Assembly (NCBI RefSeq): GCF_006345805.1
Contig: NC_043021.1
Span: forward strand, 18,662,001 to 18,726,000
Reading direction: 5' to 3'
Source: Octopus sinensis
Taxonomy: Eukaryota
DNA length: 64,000 nt
The notes beneath the pieces are model-generated. The model did not search any database and was not told the origin of the DNA. It saw only the letters and a program-made list of their open reading frames with translations. A program made the position numbers and the translations under genes. This document shows, one piece after another, positions 12,677 to 25,740 of this stretch. Every line of letters starts with the position of its first letter. Within the stretch, counting starts at the first letter, position 1.

Positions 12677-13024
12677 ATTTGTATATTTTTTTTGTTGTTA
12701 TTTTTTAGAAGGTAGGGTGTGAGTTGAAAAAGACATGGCTGTTATTTTTAGCTGGTCGAGTGACCGCGTAGACGTTCTCTGTTTGCGTGAGTCCATAACT
12801 TAAGTTTCCCCTTCCTTTTGTTAGACAACATTTCTTATGCATTTGAGATAGACTCAATCACAGCAGTACTTCGCATTTCTCAATAAATATGGAGATGTCC
12901 GAATGTTGAAAACCAGACCGATAATAATTAATGAGAAGAATGACCACCGCCCTTTAAGGACTATAAAAGGTTTCGTTTTTTAGCAAGAGCAGTAAAATGT
13001 AAAAGAAGCATTAATTACCGATTC

Positions 13025-13029
13025 AAAAA
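13025..13029 (-). terminator. Pol III terminator (T5) of tRNA-Gly
   Basis: TTTTT on the minus strand 6 nt after the tRNA 3' end. Confidence 0.75.
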
Positions 13030-13035
13030 TTAAGT

Positions 13036-13106
13036 TGCATCGGCCGGGAATCGAACCCGGGCCGCCCGCGTGGCAGGCGAGCATTCTACCACTGAACCAC
13101 CGATGC
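13036..13106 (-). tRNA. trnG-GCC: tRNA-Gly (GCC)
   Basis: 71 nt GCATCGGTGGTTCAGTGGTAGAATGCTCGCCTGCCACGCGGGCGGCCCGGGTTCGATTCCCGGCCGATGCA; intact acceptor stem, A and B boxes, GCC anticodon. Confidence 0.97.
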
Positions 13107-13681
13107 TCACAGATATCATACGACAAAAATAAGTTATTTATAAAATAAAAATTTGATGCCAATTTGTTATAATTTCTGTCAGAAACTATTTAAATGGTTA
13201 TTGCATTTCATATTTATAGATTATTTTAATTAGAGCTGTCGTCTGTTCCATTCATATGACACGACTGATGCTTCTTATGTTGTATAAAGCAAGAAGATGG
13301 TAGGACACAGCATCATTTGATTTTAATGAGACTAATTCATTGCAATTTTATCACAAATCTTGAATTATGTTTCAGTATTGACTTTAAGAATTTATTGTTC
13401 ATTCATATTTTCCGTTACAATGAATGAAAAAGAAGAAACTATTTTGAATGTTATAAGCGACATAAAAAAAAATTATAATTTTGTGCGTATATACATAACA
13501 TCGCTTTGGGTTTTTTTTTAATCTTCAGAAATGTAAACAAAGGCACGTGTGTACTTATACCGAAGGATCGCCAATGTATGAATTTGAATCTGTTAAATAC
13601 AATTTAGGTCTTTACTTTTCATAGCTTATTTTACATTTAAAGTATACATATATATATATATATATATATGTCTGTGTTCAG

Positions 13682-13770
13682 AAAACCGGCAACTCCAGAA
13701 ATCCGGACCACTTCCGGTTCTAATCCTGCCGGATGTTCGGTCTGGTTCTGTGTGCATTTCATTTCGGTAG
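13682..13770 (+). promoter_or_regulatory. TATA-less CpG-rich GLOD4 promoter with ETS/GABP-type motifs
   Basis: ACTTCCGG (13710-13717) and several further CCGG/CCGGA cores in a locally CpG-rich patch about 300 nt upstream of the ATG. Confidence 0.6.
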
Positions 13771-14021
13771 GCGGAGTATCATCTTCGGGCTCTCTCTCCT
13801 CTCGAAAGTCAAACAAACTAGCATTTGAAGTCAGGTCCCCCGCAACACTTTAGCTGTTCCGTACTGTGTTCCTGCTTCACAGTCCTTCTAGTAGTCTGCT
13901 TCTAGTATTTGTTTCCTTTTAGATATTCAAACTGGTGTTCGTTTTTGCAAAGTTCCTTGGACGCCCGTTTCACGTACGGACGGTTGTTGCTTGTTTTCGG
14001 CGGTCTCTGGTCACAAGGAAA

Positions 14022-14162
14022 ATGTCTTCAGACAGCATTGACGAGGAAAACGATTTTGTTGGCGAGTACAGAATTGGCATCAAAAGACCTCTACATTTTG
14101 TTTTCAAAATTTCTAACAGAAAAGAAAATCTCCATTTTTTTCAACGCATTCTTGGAATGAGG
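14022..14162 (+). CDS. GLOD4: GLOD4 coding exon 1
   Basis: [47 protein letters not shown], donor AGG|GTAAGT. The start codon is inferred (see the CUG-extension finding). Confidence 0.88.
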
Positions 14163-14625
14163 GTAAGTAGTGGTAATTTATTGTTGTTTAATTCCCACTC
14201 TGGGTGAGTCCTAAATTGGGCCGTCCCTACTGTGGTCATTCTGTGTTTATAAGCTACTAGTATACCCGTGTTGTTAAAAATGCCGACAGTTTTATTAATG
14301 TTGGAAAATGGTACATCACACGATGGGGAAAAAACCCATTAATAAATGCCAGCAATCTAACAAATATATGTACATACTCAGAATTGAAGCACTTGAAGAA
14401 TTAGATACGATTGTAACGTCTCGGTTGAAAATATCGCACTCATAATGCATGTGTGTACACACTCACACTCATATATATATCAGCATACATACATCTGGAG
14501 GTCTTTCAGTTTCCATCTACCAAATCTACTCACAAGGCTTTGGTCAGCCCTACAATATAGTAGAAGACAATATAGGTATATATGTACTAATATACATACA
14601 CACACACACATATACGCATATATAC

Positions 14626-14660
<35 letters not shown>

Positions 14661-17242
14661 TTTATTTATAGACATCCCCCCCTCTCTTTCTCTTATATAT
14701 ATATAAATATATAGTGCCGGTGGCACATAAAAAGTACCATTCGAGCATGATCGTTGCCAGTGCCACTTGACTGGCTCCTGTTCTGGTGGCACGTAAAAAG
14801 CACCATTCAAGCGCGGTCAATGCCAGTGCCGCCTGACGAGCCCTCATGCCGAGGACACATAAAAAGCACCCCACTCTTGGAGTGGTTGGCGTTAGGAAGG
14901 GCATCCAGCTGTAGAAACTTTGCCAGATTGGATTGGAGCCCGGTGCAGCCTACTGGCTTGCCAGCCCTTAGTCAGACCGTCCAACCCATGCTAGCATGGA
15001 AAGCGGATGTTAAACGACAATGATGATGATGACCATAAGTGATAATTAATGAACTGATTAAATATGTGATTTATATACACCGACTGTGCACTTTTAAGTT
15101 AAAAGTGCACAGTCATTAAAGTTGAAGTTTAACTTGTAGGTGAGTGAAAAAGAGATTTAATTTTTTTATTATTAAAAACTTAATGAAGTGGGAGAAAAAT
15201 TCTTACTGGAAAAAGACATGGGTTTTAGGGGCAAAAAGGATTTTAAATATTGAATCATTTCTCAAAAACAGAAAAAAAAATATCTTTCACATTTGCAATT
15301 TTTCTTGCATGAAACACTGGAATATTCTTTTCTACTCTAGGCACAAGGCCCGAAATTTGTGGGGAGGGGGCCCAGTCGATGAGATCAACTTCAGTACGCT
15401 ACTGGAGGTGGTCTCTGTTTTTCCATACATGATCAGCTATACCCGATTTATCAATATCTCCTTGTGTCACAGCTTTGTGATGTTGCTCTACCCTTATTTT
15501 GAGGGGACGACATGTTAAACATTGTGTTTACAACAAACAAGATGAGGACAAATATCCATCAAATGTAAATAATGTACACAATTCCTCATCTCTCAAATAC
15601 AGAACTGTTTTAAACATATAATCCTGTTAGCTTTCATTTCTATCAATTGAGGACATAAAAACTGTTTTAATCAGTAGGGCTGGTTACTCTTGTTTCCCCT
15701 TATCAGATCTTTTACAGGCAGCAAACTACTTCGTTTGCAGGAAGTTTTTTTGCTTTGTTTTTCATCTTCCTTTTATTACTTTTAAAAACAAAGGCAAAAA
15801 AAAAAAAATTTTGGTGGTGGTGGTGGTGGTGGTGGTTGGAGTGGAAGGTCTTAATTGCAAAGTGGATAAACTGATTCTCTCCCTCTCTCTCAGTTTTAAT
15901 ATATATTTCTTTACTACCCACGAGGGGCTAAACGTAGAGGGGACAAACAAGGACAGACAAAGGGATTAAGTCAATTGCATCGACCTCAGTGCGAAACTGG
16001 TACTTAATTTATCGACCCCGAAAGGATGAAAGGCAAAGTTGACCTTGGTGGAATTTGAACTCAGAACATAGCGGCAGACAAAATACCTATTTCTTTACTA
16101 CTCACAAGGGGCTAAACACAGAGAAGACAAACAAGGACAGACAAAGGGATTAAGTCGATTGCATCGACTCCAGTGCATAACTGGTACTTAATTTGTCGAC
16201 CCTGAAAGGATGAAAGGCAAAGTTGACCTTGGCAGAATTTGAACTCAGAACATAACAGCAGACGAAATACCTATTTCTTTACTACCCACAAGGGGCTAAA
16301 CGCAGAGGAGACAAACAAGGACAGGCAGACGGATTAAGTCGATTATATCGACTCCAGTGCGTAACTGGCACTTAATTTGTCGACTCTGAAAGGATGAAAG
16401 GCAAAGTTGACCTCGGTGGAATTTGAATTCAGAACGTAACAGCAGACAGAATACTGCTAAGCATTTCGCCCGGTGTGCTAATGTTTCTGCCAGATCGCCA
16501 CCTTAGTCTCAGTTGGTCACACTTGGGCATCCAATTAGAAAGTGGAAGAAATATTGAGGACTCTATCCTCACACAGGCAGGAGATCTAGGGGCAGCCTGA
16601 GATTGAAATGGTTGGATAATATACACTTAATCAGTTGGGAACACCCAGAAAGTGTAATGGTAGTTGTCTCTGATAGGACCCTATAGAGGAGGTACCTGAA
16701 GTCCTTGCTCACACGACTCTCCTAGGGATAGTGGGCAGGGGAGATGGATGGGTGGATGGTAAATGACCCAAATTTTTTTTTAAATCCTCGCAGACAATCC
16801 TGACAGGCTGTGCAATCCACTACTTGTAGCTTAATATGGTAATCCTGAGACTACTCAATAATGGTTGACCCAGGGCTAAACAACAACCTCTCCCGCCCCT
16901 CACTAGTCTCTCAGAAAATGTCATCTCCTTTGTATTGTAAGCAAATACTTAGTGTACATTGTAGAGTTTATCAATAATTATTGATTTCCAATATAAGCAA
17001 AAGGTCACGCAATTTGAGGGATGGGTTTTGCAGTTGGCTATAAGTGACACCAGCTCTTGGCTGGGACTGTGTTTTATAAGAATCCGAAGGATGGAATTAC
17101 AGTTGACCTTAGCATATCTTCTGCAGTTAGTGTTGTTGTTGTTGTAGTAGTATCTGTGCTCACCTCAGCATTACAAATCTTTGTGTCAGGTTTTGTGTTG
17201 ATTTGACAACTGGAACATAGTATGTGTGTGTGTGTGTGTATA

Positions 17243-17280
<38 letters not shown>

Positions 17281-20200
17281 TACATGTATGTGTATGTATG
17301 TATATATATATATATATCGTCATTTAACGTCCGCTTTCCATGCTGGTTGGACGGTTTGACTGAGGGCTGGCAAGTCAGAAGGCTGCACCAGGCTCCAATC
17401 CAATCTGGCAAAGTTTCTACAGCTTGATGCCCTTCCTAATGCCAACCACTCTGAGAGTGTAGTGGGTGCTTTTATGTGCCACCAGCACGAGAGCCAGTCA
17501 GGCGGCACTGGCATCAATCACACTTGAATGGTGCTTTTTATGTGCCACCGGCACGGGAGCCAATCAGATGGCACTGACAACAATCATGCCTGAATGGTGC
17601 TTTTTATGTGCCAATCAGCCAGCACTGGCATCGACCATGCTCAAATGGTGCTGTTTATGTGTCACCGGCACAGAAATGATCTTGGGTTCAGTCCTGCTAT
17701 GTGTAACCCTGGACAAGTGACTCAATTTCATAGATGGTAACTAAAAGTAGCCTTGCATGCACACACACGTGTATATATGTATATATATATAATGTGAATT
17801 TAGAAGGACATATTATCTGGGCAGATACTGTGGTGGCTCTCAGTTATGTTCCAGGTTATGGCTAACTGCATTGATTACTATTTAATGTCTATGACTATGA
17901 GTTTGTCACTCATGTTATGAATTCCTCCCATGGGTAATTCCATATCTGCTTCACATTGTTCTGAATTAATCATGCATTATCTCATAGCTTTGAGATTTCA
18001 ATAATGTGATGGTTTATTTTAGAATGACGTTGTAGAGTAGGTGTGAGAGGCTGGATCTGTTGTGTATGAAAATAAAAACAACTAGGATATTTGGCTGAAT
18101 GAGTAAAAAACGAGGAGGGTGCATAACATTACATTAAACAATAAGTGCCAAAATTTAAACACAACAAACGGGAAATTCACACACAAGACAGGATGTTGCT
18201 AATTTCTCGTTGGTTATCATCCAATGGATCCTTAGAATTTCATGCCTTTAACGAGGAATTAGCAACATCCCATCTCGTGTGTGGGTTTTCTGTCCGTTCC
18301 TTTATGGCTTCTTTTTAAATTTTTGGAACTTAGAATATTTGGGCCAGACATGGCTGACTTAAACCCTTTCGCATTCAGATTATTCTGTCAAAAGCAATGC
18401 TTATTTATTCACATTGCTTTGAATTAATCCTGCATTGACTTGGAGCTTTGAATTTCGATGATTTGATTGTTTAATTTTAGAATGACATTGTAAAGTAGGT
18501 GTGAATGGCCAAATCTGGCAAGTTTGGACATAAAATAGGTAGAATATTTGGGCCAGATATGGCCAGCTAAACCAATTAGCATTCAGTTTACTCTATCAAA
18601 TGTAATGCTTATTTATCTACTTTGTTTTGAGTTAATCCTGTATTATCTCGTAGCTTTGAGATTTCAGTGATGTGACTTCATTTTTAGAATGACATTGTAG
18701 GGTAGGTGTGAGAGGCTGGATCTAGCTAATTTGAACATAAAACTGGTGGAATACTTGGGCCAGATACAGCTGCTTTAAATGCTAAAGAGTTAAGTGTCAC
18801 GTCTCTCCAAAACTGTAATTTAATAAATTACACATATTTATGGATTTCTAAAATTGAAGACTCATCGTTATTCTTATCACAGGTGCTTCCAGCAGGTTCT
18901 CGTTCACAATGACAAGTCATTTCTTGGTAGTAAAAATGTCCCACTCCCCTCCCCTTCCACCATCACTTGAGATTCCGTTTGTTCACCTGCAGTTGTCACC
19001 TTCTCATTTGACAGCGATAAATACTTCTCTTCCACCCTACAAAATGACAGCTGACATCTTCGGCTCCCCTACCACCACCACCACCAACACCACCTCATTA
19101 TGCAGCACCTGCTATCATCAAAAGATTTTGCAAGCCTAGACATAGACTGGCACTTGTAGGCTCACACACACACGTACTCATGGATACACATAAACACATG
19201 CATAGGCATGTACTTACATACATATCTCATTCACTCATTATTCAGCTGTTTGCTTTAAAACATATTGACAAATTTTTATTTGTTTTTCCTTCTTCTCCTC
19301 CTTAAACCTTTAATTGCCATCTCATCGGCACCTTTTTCTTCTCTTTCTTTCTTTCTTATTTGTTTGTATGTATCTATGTCTGTTTATATAACTTGGTGTG
19401 TGTGTTTATATATATATATATATATATACACATATATATACATACATACATACATACATCTAATATAGGATAAGATTTTCGAAAAAATTTTATCAGTGGC
19501 CAACATACTAAAAAATACCATTAAAGGTTAAATTTATAAACAACTTCTAAATAAGGGCAAAGAAAAAAAATTCCAATGCCAAATATGCCGAAAATAGACA
19601 TAAATCGTCAATAACCACATTGGCTGTGGTAAGTAGCTTGCTAACCAACCACATGGTTCTGGGTTCAGTCCCACTGCGTGGCATCTTGGGCAAGTGTCTT
19701 CTGCTATAGCCCTGGGCCAACCAATGCCTTGTGAATGGATTTGGTAGATGGAAACTGAAAGAAGCCTGTCGTATATATGTATATATATATGTATGTGTGT
19801 GTGTGTGTGTTTGTCCCCCCAACATCACTTGACAACCGAAGCTGGTGCGCTTACGTCCCTGTAACCTAGCAGTTCCGCAAAAGAGACTGATGGAATAAGT
19901 ACTAGGTTTACAAAGAATAAGTCCTGGGGGGCGATTTGCTCGACTAAAGGCGGTGCTCCAGCATGGCCACAGTCAAATGACTGAAACAAGTAAAAGAGTA
20001 AAGAGTATACACAATACAGCAAAAATAACCTGCATTAAATATAACTGTTAGCCGATGTGGCTTTATAAACACCTTTGCTTATGTTGTATGGTGCACGTAC
20101 ACTTGTCTGTACACACTTACATGAAGATATAAGCATACGCACACACATGGTTTGGTACATATATATACACTCACACACTGACTTTAATAGATATTTTGTG

Positions 20201-20508
20201 TTTATAAGAATGCAGAGGATACAGTTAATTGATCCATTCTGTAAGGTAAGTTAGGGTTATTAATTTGGTTAATGATTACTCAAATACTTTCTCACTGCAT
20301 AATTTACAGATAAACAAAATATATATGACCAAAGCCTTGTGAGTGGATTTGGTAGACGGAGACTGAAAGAAGCCTGTCATATATGTTTGTGTGTCTGTGT
20401 TTGTCACCCCATCATCTCAATGCATGATACAACATTATATCTGAATTAAAACTATATAACAGCCGGCACTGTATCAGTATTACTTATTTTATTGTGTTTA
20501 TATATATT

Positions 20509-20581
<73 letters not shown>

Positions 20582-23496
20582 GGCGCAGGAGTGGCTGTGT
20601 GGTAAGTAGCTTGCTAACCAACCACATGGTTCCGGGTTCAGTCCCACTGCGTGGCATCTTGGGCAAGTGTCTTCTGCTATAGCCCCGGGCCGACCAATGC
20701 CTTGTGAGTGGATTTGGTAGACAGAAACTGAAAGAAGCCTGACGTATATATATATATATGTGTGTGTTTGTGTGTCTGTGTTTGTTCCCCTAGCATTGCT
20801 TGACAACCGATGCTGGTGTGTTTACGTCCCCGTCACTAGCGGTTCGGCAAAAAAGAGACCGATAGAATAAGTACTGGGCTTACAAAGAATAAGTCCCAGG
20901 GTCAAGTTGCTCGATTAAAGGCGGTGCTCCAGCATGGCCGCAGTCAAATGACTGAAACAAGTGGAAGTGAAATATGAGGGGGGGTGCTGTAAAGTTCCTG
21001 GCTTTCAGTAAAAGAAAATGCTGGAGGATCAGTTAATTATCATTATATTCAACTCCTTCCTCTCTCAGATTAATACACTTATTGCAAGGGTCCTTCAGTT
21101 TTTCTAAGCCCTGCAAAAGAACTCGGAAGGTTGGGTCTCAAGCCAGGCCTTTTGCGAAACCCTTAAAGCCAGGAAATTTTCAGCCTCCACCTCCACACGC
21201 ACAAGCACATTCATTCATTCTTGGTGTGCTTATTTTCAGGTGCTGCGTCATGAAGAATTTGTTGAAGGATGTAAAGCTCATTGTAATGGGTAACTATTAA
21301 CTATTTTTTTTTTTATTTATATGTGTCTATGCATCCATCCATCCATTCATTGATCAACACTTATACCTATTTCTTTACTACCCACAAGGGGTTAAACACA
21401 GAGGAGACAAACAAGGACAGACAGGCGGATTAAGTCGATTATATCGACCCCAGTGCGTAACTGGTACTTATTTAATCGACCCTGAAAGGATGAAAGGCTA
21501 AGTCGACCTTGGTGGAATTTGAACTCAGAACGTAACGGCAGACGAAATACCACCAAGCATTTCGTCCAGTGTGCTAACGATTCTGCCAGCCCGCCGCCCT
21601 CTAAAATACAGACGAAATACCTATTTCTTTACTACTCACAACAGGCTAAACACAGAGAGGACAAAGACAGACAAACGGATTAAGTCGATTATCTCGACCC
21701 CAGTGCGTAACTGGTCCTTAATTTATCGACCCTGAAAGGATGAAAGGCAAAGTTGACCTTGGTGGAATTTGAACTCAGAACGTAATGGCAGATGAAATAC
21801 CGCTAAGCATTTCGCCCAGCGTGCTAACGATTCTGCCAGCTCACCACCTTATTGATCAACACTTATACCCTTAATCTAATCCTCTGACACAATCACTTGT
21901 AACACAGGATGTGACAGGGTGGACCCTTTCTTATTACTGTTACAGTTCAGCTAACGGGCTTCCACATTGTTTCCATCAACCCCTTTTTCGCTTATAAACG
22001 TATTAGATTGACCTGAGGCTATGATAAATGATGCGTGCTGAAGATGTCTCTTAATAGAATTGAACCTGGGACCCCGTGATTCTGAAGTTTATTTATTAGC
22101 CTTCTTATTGAACCTGTGTCAGCACATACGTAAATTTGAGCAGAGGCTTACCTTTGAATCTTTTTGTCTTTTACTTGTTTCAGTCATTAGACCTTGGCCA
22201 AGTTGGGGCATTGCCTTAAAGAATTTTTAGTCAGAGCAATCGACCCCAGAACATTTCTTTCTCTTTTTAAGCCTGATGCTTATTCTGTTGATCTCTCTTG
22301 CTGAACCACTATGTTAGGGGGACATAAACACACCAATATCAGTGGAGGCACAATGGCCCAGTGGTTGGGGCAGCGGACTCACGGTCGGAGGATCGTGGTT
22401 TCGATTCCCAGACTGGGCGTTGTGTGTGTTTATTGAGCGAAAACACCTAAAGCTCCACGAGGCTCAGGCGGGTGGGTGGCGACCCCTGTTGTACTCTTTC
22501 GCTCCAACTTTCTCTCACTCTTCCTTCCTGTTTCTTGTCCCCGACTTCCTATGCAACCGCTGAGCCTGGATGCGCATTCATCCATCCATCGATGCTCTCG
22601 GTGTCGGGGGTTGACCTGCTTTCTTTTCTGCAGGTCTTACGAATCGCAAAGGACCACGTTTCGGACTTCTCCCACTACAGAGGCGCGATCTTGCGAGCTC
22701 TGGGACGAATGGATATCTCATGTGGTCCACTTATCAGAAAAAGTTGCCTGTGCCTGCCCCACAATCTCCAAATGTAGGCCCTGCACTCTCCTATTGAGGG
22801 TCCTACACCATCCTGTTCTAGACCCTATACTGGAATATTTGAAGGATCAACCATTCTTTATTCCAACGGCATTTGCCACTGGAATAAGGAGTGGTTGGAG
22901 ATCACGCGGTCGTTAGCCTCAAATCGCCAGGTCTGGTCAGCGTTTGTGAGAGATGCAGCATTGAGGATAAATGAAGCCAGCTCAACCCACCCCGGGTGAA
23001 TGCTGTTTCAAGTCAAGTCAAGTAGACCCTATACTGTCCTAATATAGACTCTACACATTTCTATTGCAGCCCTTATGATGGCCGGTGGAGCAAAACTATG
23101 ATAGGTTATGGCAGTGAGGACAGTCACTTTGTAATGGAATTGACTTACAACTATAATATTGGTTCTTACCATCATGGAAATGATTTCTGGGTAAGTACTC
23201 TGGTCCCTGTGTTGCTTTTTGTTTTGCTGCTGGAAATCGTTTGACCCTTCTTGCTCAAAAGGTTTCTTGGTTTCTTCATATTTTGGCAATAAAAGGAAAA
23301 AGTAATAGCAAAACGGAGATGAAGCGTGGAATTTTGTCGGTGAACAGGTCGCGGTCTCAAAGCGACGGAAATATTTTGACAAATTATATTTAAATGTTGA
23401 AGTGAATCTAACGGTTGTTTTTGTGTGTTTCCTAAATGGCTTATAAACACCTTCCATGCTGCAATTGTTAATAGCAAACTATTTTCAACTTATAAG

Positions 23497-23528
<32 letters not shown>

Positions 23529-25265
23529 TAAAGAGAGGCTAATGACTGGCTTTCTATCCTGGATCAGATGTGTACGTGTACTGGGCCAAATTGTGGAGGC
23601 GCATGGCTTAGTGGTTAGGGTGTTGGACTCATGATTGTCAGATTGTGGTTTCGATTCTGGGACTGTGTGGCAGGTTGGGTTCTTGAGCAAAACACTTCAT
23701 TTCATACTGCTCCAGTCCATTCAGCTGGCCAAAGTGAGTAACCCTGCGACGGACCAGTGTCCCGTCCAAGCGGGGAATATATAAGCCATGAAACCAGGAA
23801 ACTGGCCCTTATGAGTCAGCATGACTCGAGAATCTAACTTTACCGGGCCAAATTCTCTGTAGTAGTTGTTTTGGCTCACCAGATTTTGAACCCAAATCTC
23901 ACCTAATGCTGACTTTGCCTCTCCTCCACCCACCCTAGTCATAGAAAGCAGGTAATGAAAACTCTCAGCATTGCTATAAGTGTTAGAAATACAGCCAGTT
24001 ATGACCACCCTTGGCTATTTTCCACAGTGGTATCTCTGTAAGTTTTATGACACCATAGACCCATATCTGGAAAATACCCGTCTGTAGTGCCAGCTTGGAC
24101 AAGATCTTCATTTTTATAGAACACCAGACTAGCAGTTACTCCTTTATGCTAATGATCTCCAAAGAAAAGACAAGGGCCAATTCAACTTGGTGCCAGTATT
24201 GTTAAGGGAGCTGCTGTCAGAAGGTAAAAAATTAGAATGTTTACTGTAGGGGATCTCACCCAAGGCTCTGACAATTCTGTCAGACCCTGGCCTTAGACTG
24301 CTGGTACTCTATCTATAGACCAGTGGCACTTTATCTATCAGCAGATAGTACTTTATGCTGGATGGTGGTACTTTATCTGTTGGATGGCAGTACTTTATTT
24401 GTTGCTTGATGGTGCTATCTCTGTCAGGTGATTGTACTCTGTGTGTTGGCTGGTTGTACTCTACGTGTCGGCTGATGGTACTTCATCTGTCAGCTGGTAG
24501 TACTTCATTTGTTGGCTGATGGTATACTATCTACCAGCTAAGGCGGCGATCTGGCAGAAACGGTAGCATGCCAGGCGAAATGCATAGCCGTATTTCGTCT
24601 GCCTTAACGTTGTGAGTTCAAATTCTGCCGAGGTCGACTTTGCCTTTCATCCTTTCGGGGTAGATAAATTAAGTACCAGTTATGCACTGGGGTCGATGTA
24701 ATCGACTTAATCCGTTTGTCCCCTTTATGTTTAGCCCCTTGTGGACAATAAAGAAATAAGAAACGGTAGCATGCCGGGCGAAATGCATAACCGTATTTCG
24801 TCTGCCTTAACGTTGTGAGTTCAAATTTTGCCGAGGTCGACTTTGCCTTTCATCCTTTCGGGGTTGATAAATTAAGTACCAGTTACACACTGGGGTCAAT
24901 ATAATCAACTTAATCCGTCTGTCCTTGTTTGTTCTCTCTGTGTTTAGCCCCTTGTGGGTAGTAAAGAAATAGGTGTACTATCTATCAGCTGATCACACCC
25001 TGTCTATTGGGTGATGGTGCCCTATCCATTGGCTGATGGACCTTTATCCACCTGCTGGTCATACTTTACCAATCAGTTGGTCATACTTTCTCCATTGGCT
25101 GGTGATGCCTCATTCATTGATGGATGGCAAAGTTGACACCAGTGGGATTTGAACTCAGAATGATGAGAGTTGGGACAAATACTTTGTGAGCAGTTCTCAC
25201 ATTACCAACTTTAACAAGGCAACCACTTTTCACATCCAATACACAACAAAAAGTTTATCGCAATA

Positions 25266-25328
<63 letters not shown>

Positions 25329-25703
25329 AAATCCATTCTGTTTGTGTGTGTGTCTTCTAGGATCTTGGGCATCCTCCATCCGATTGCGTTCAAATTTATT
25401 TGATATGTAGATACCGACAATATCAGGGCGTGTATAAGTCTTGAAAAAGTTATAAAAATCGATTCCAGTTGAGAATGTGATCGATAAAGCCGTGGGAACG
25501 TGCATTTGTAAAATTGTTTTTCTTGGAATAGAAAAAAAGTCTATCTTTATTTCTTCTTTTGCTGGTGTCTCAAATTTAGGTTAAATCAGTGTTCCTGAAA
25601 GGGGAGGCCTATGGGACGGTCGGTGAAGTAGTTTTGAGGAAATTTGTTTTAAATGTTTGACAACTCAGCACCATCCATTGGACGGGGGGGGGGGCGTTTT
25701 GCT

Positions 25704-25740
<37 letters not shown>

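Noticed and set aside
1-13000. A divergently transcribed protein gene upstream of GLOD4 (vertebrate GLOD4 is head-to-head with MRM3/RNMTL1)
   Set aside because: No recognisable exons found on the minus strand. Short candidates at about 2215-2570 and 3110-3190 gave no identifiable peptide.
13733-13922. Upstream ATG (13733) spliced via GTAGGC (13767) to the acceptor at 13922 as the source of the GLOD4 N-terminal extension
   Set aside because: The join is phase 1 to phase 0, so out of frame, and ends at a stop near 14040. It would be a uORF, not an extension.
22344-22420. tRNA-like sequences at SINE heads (also 39237, 42881, 23594, 57260)
   Set aside because: Acceptor stems are not closed and each continues into a SINE body; not tRNA genes.
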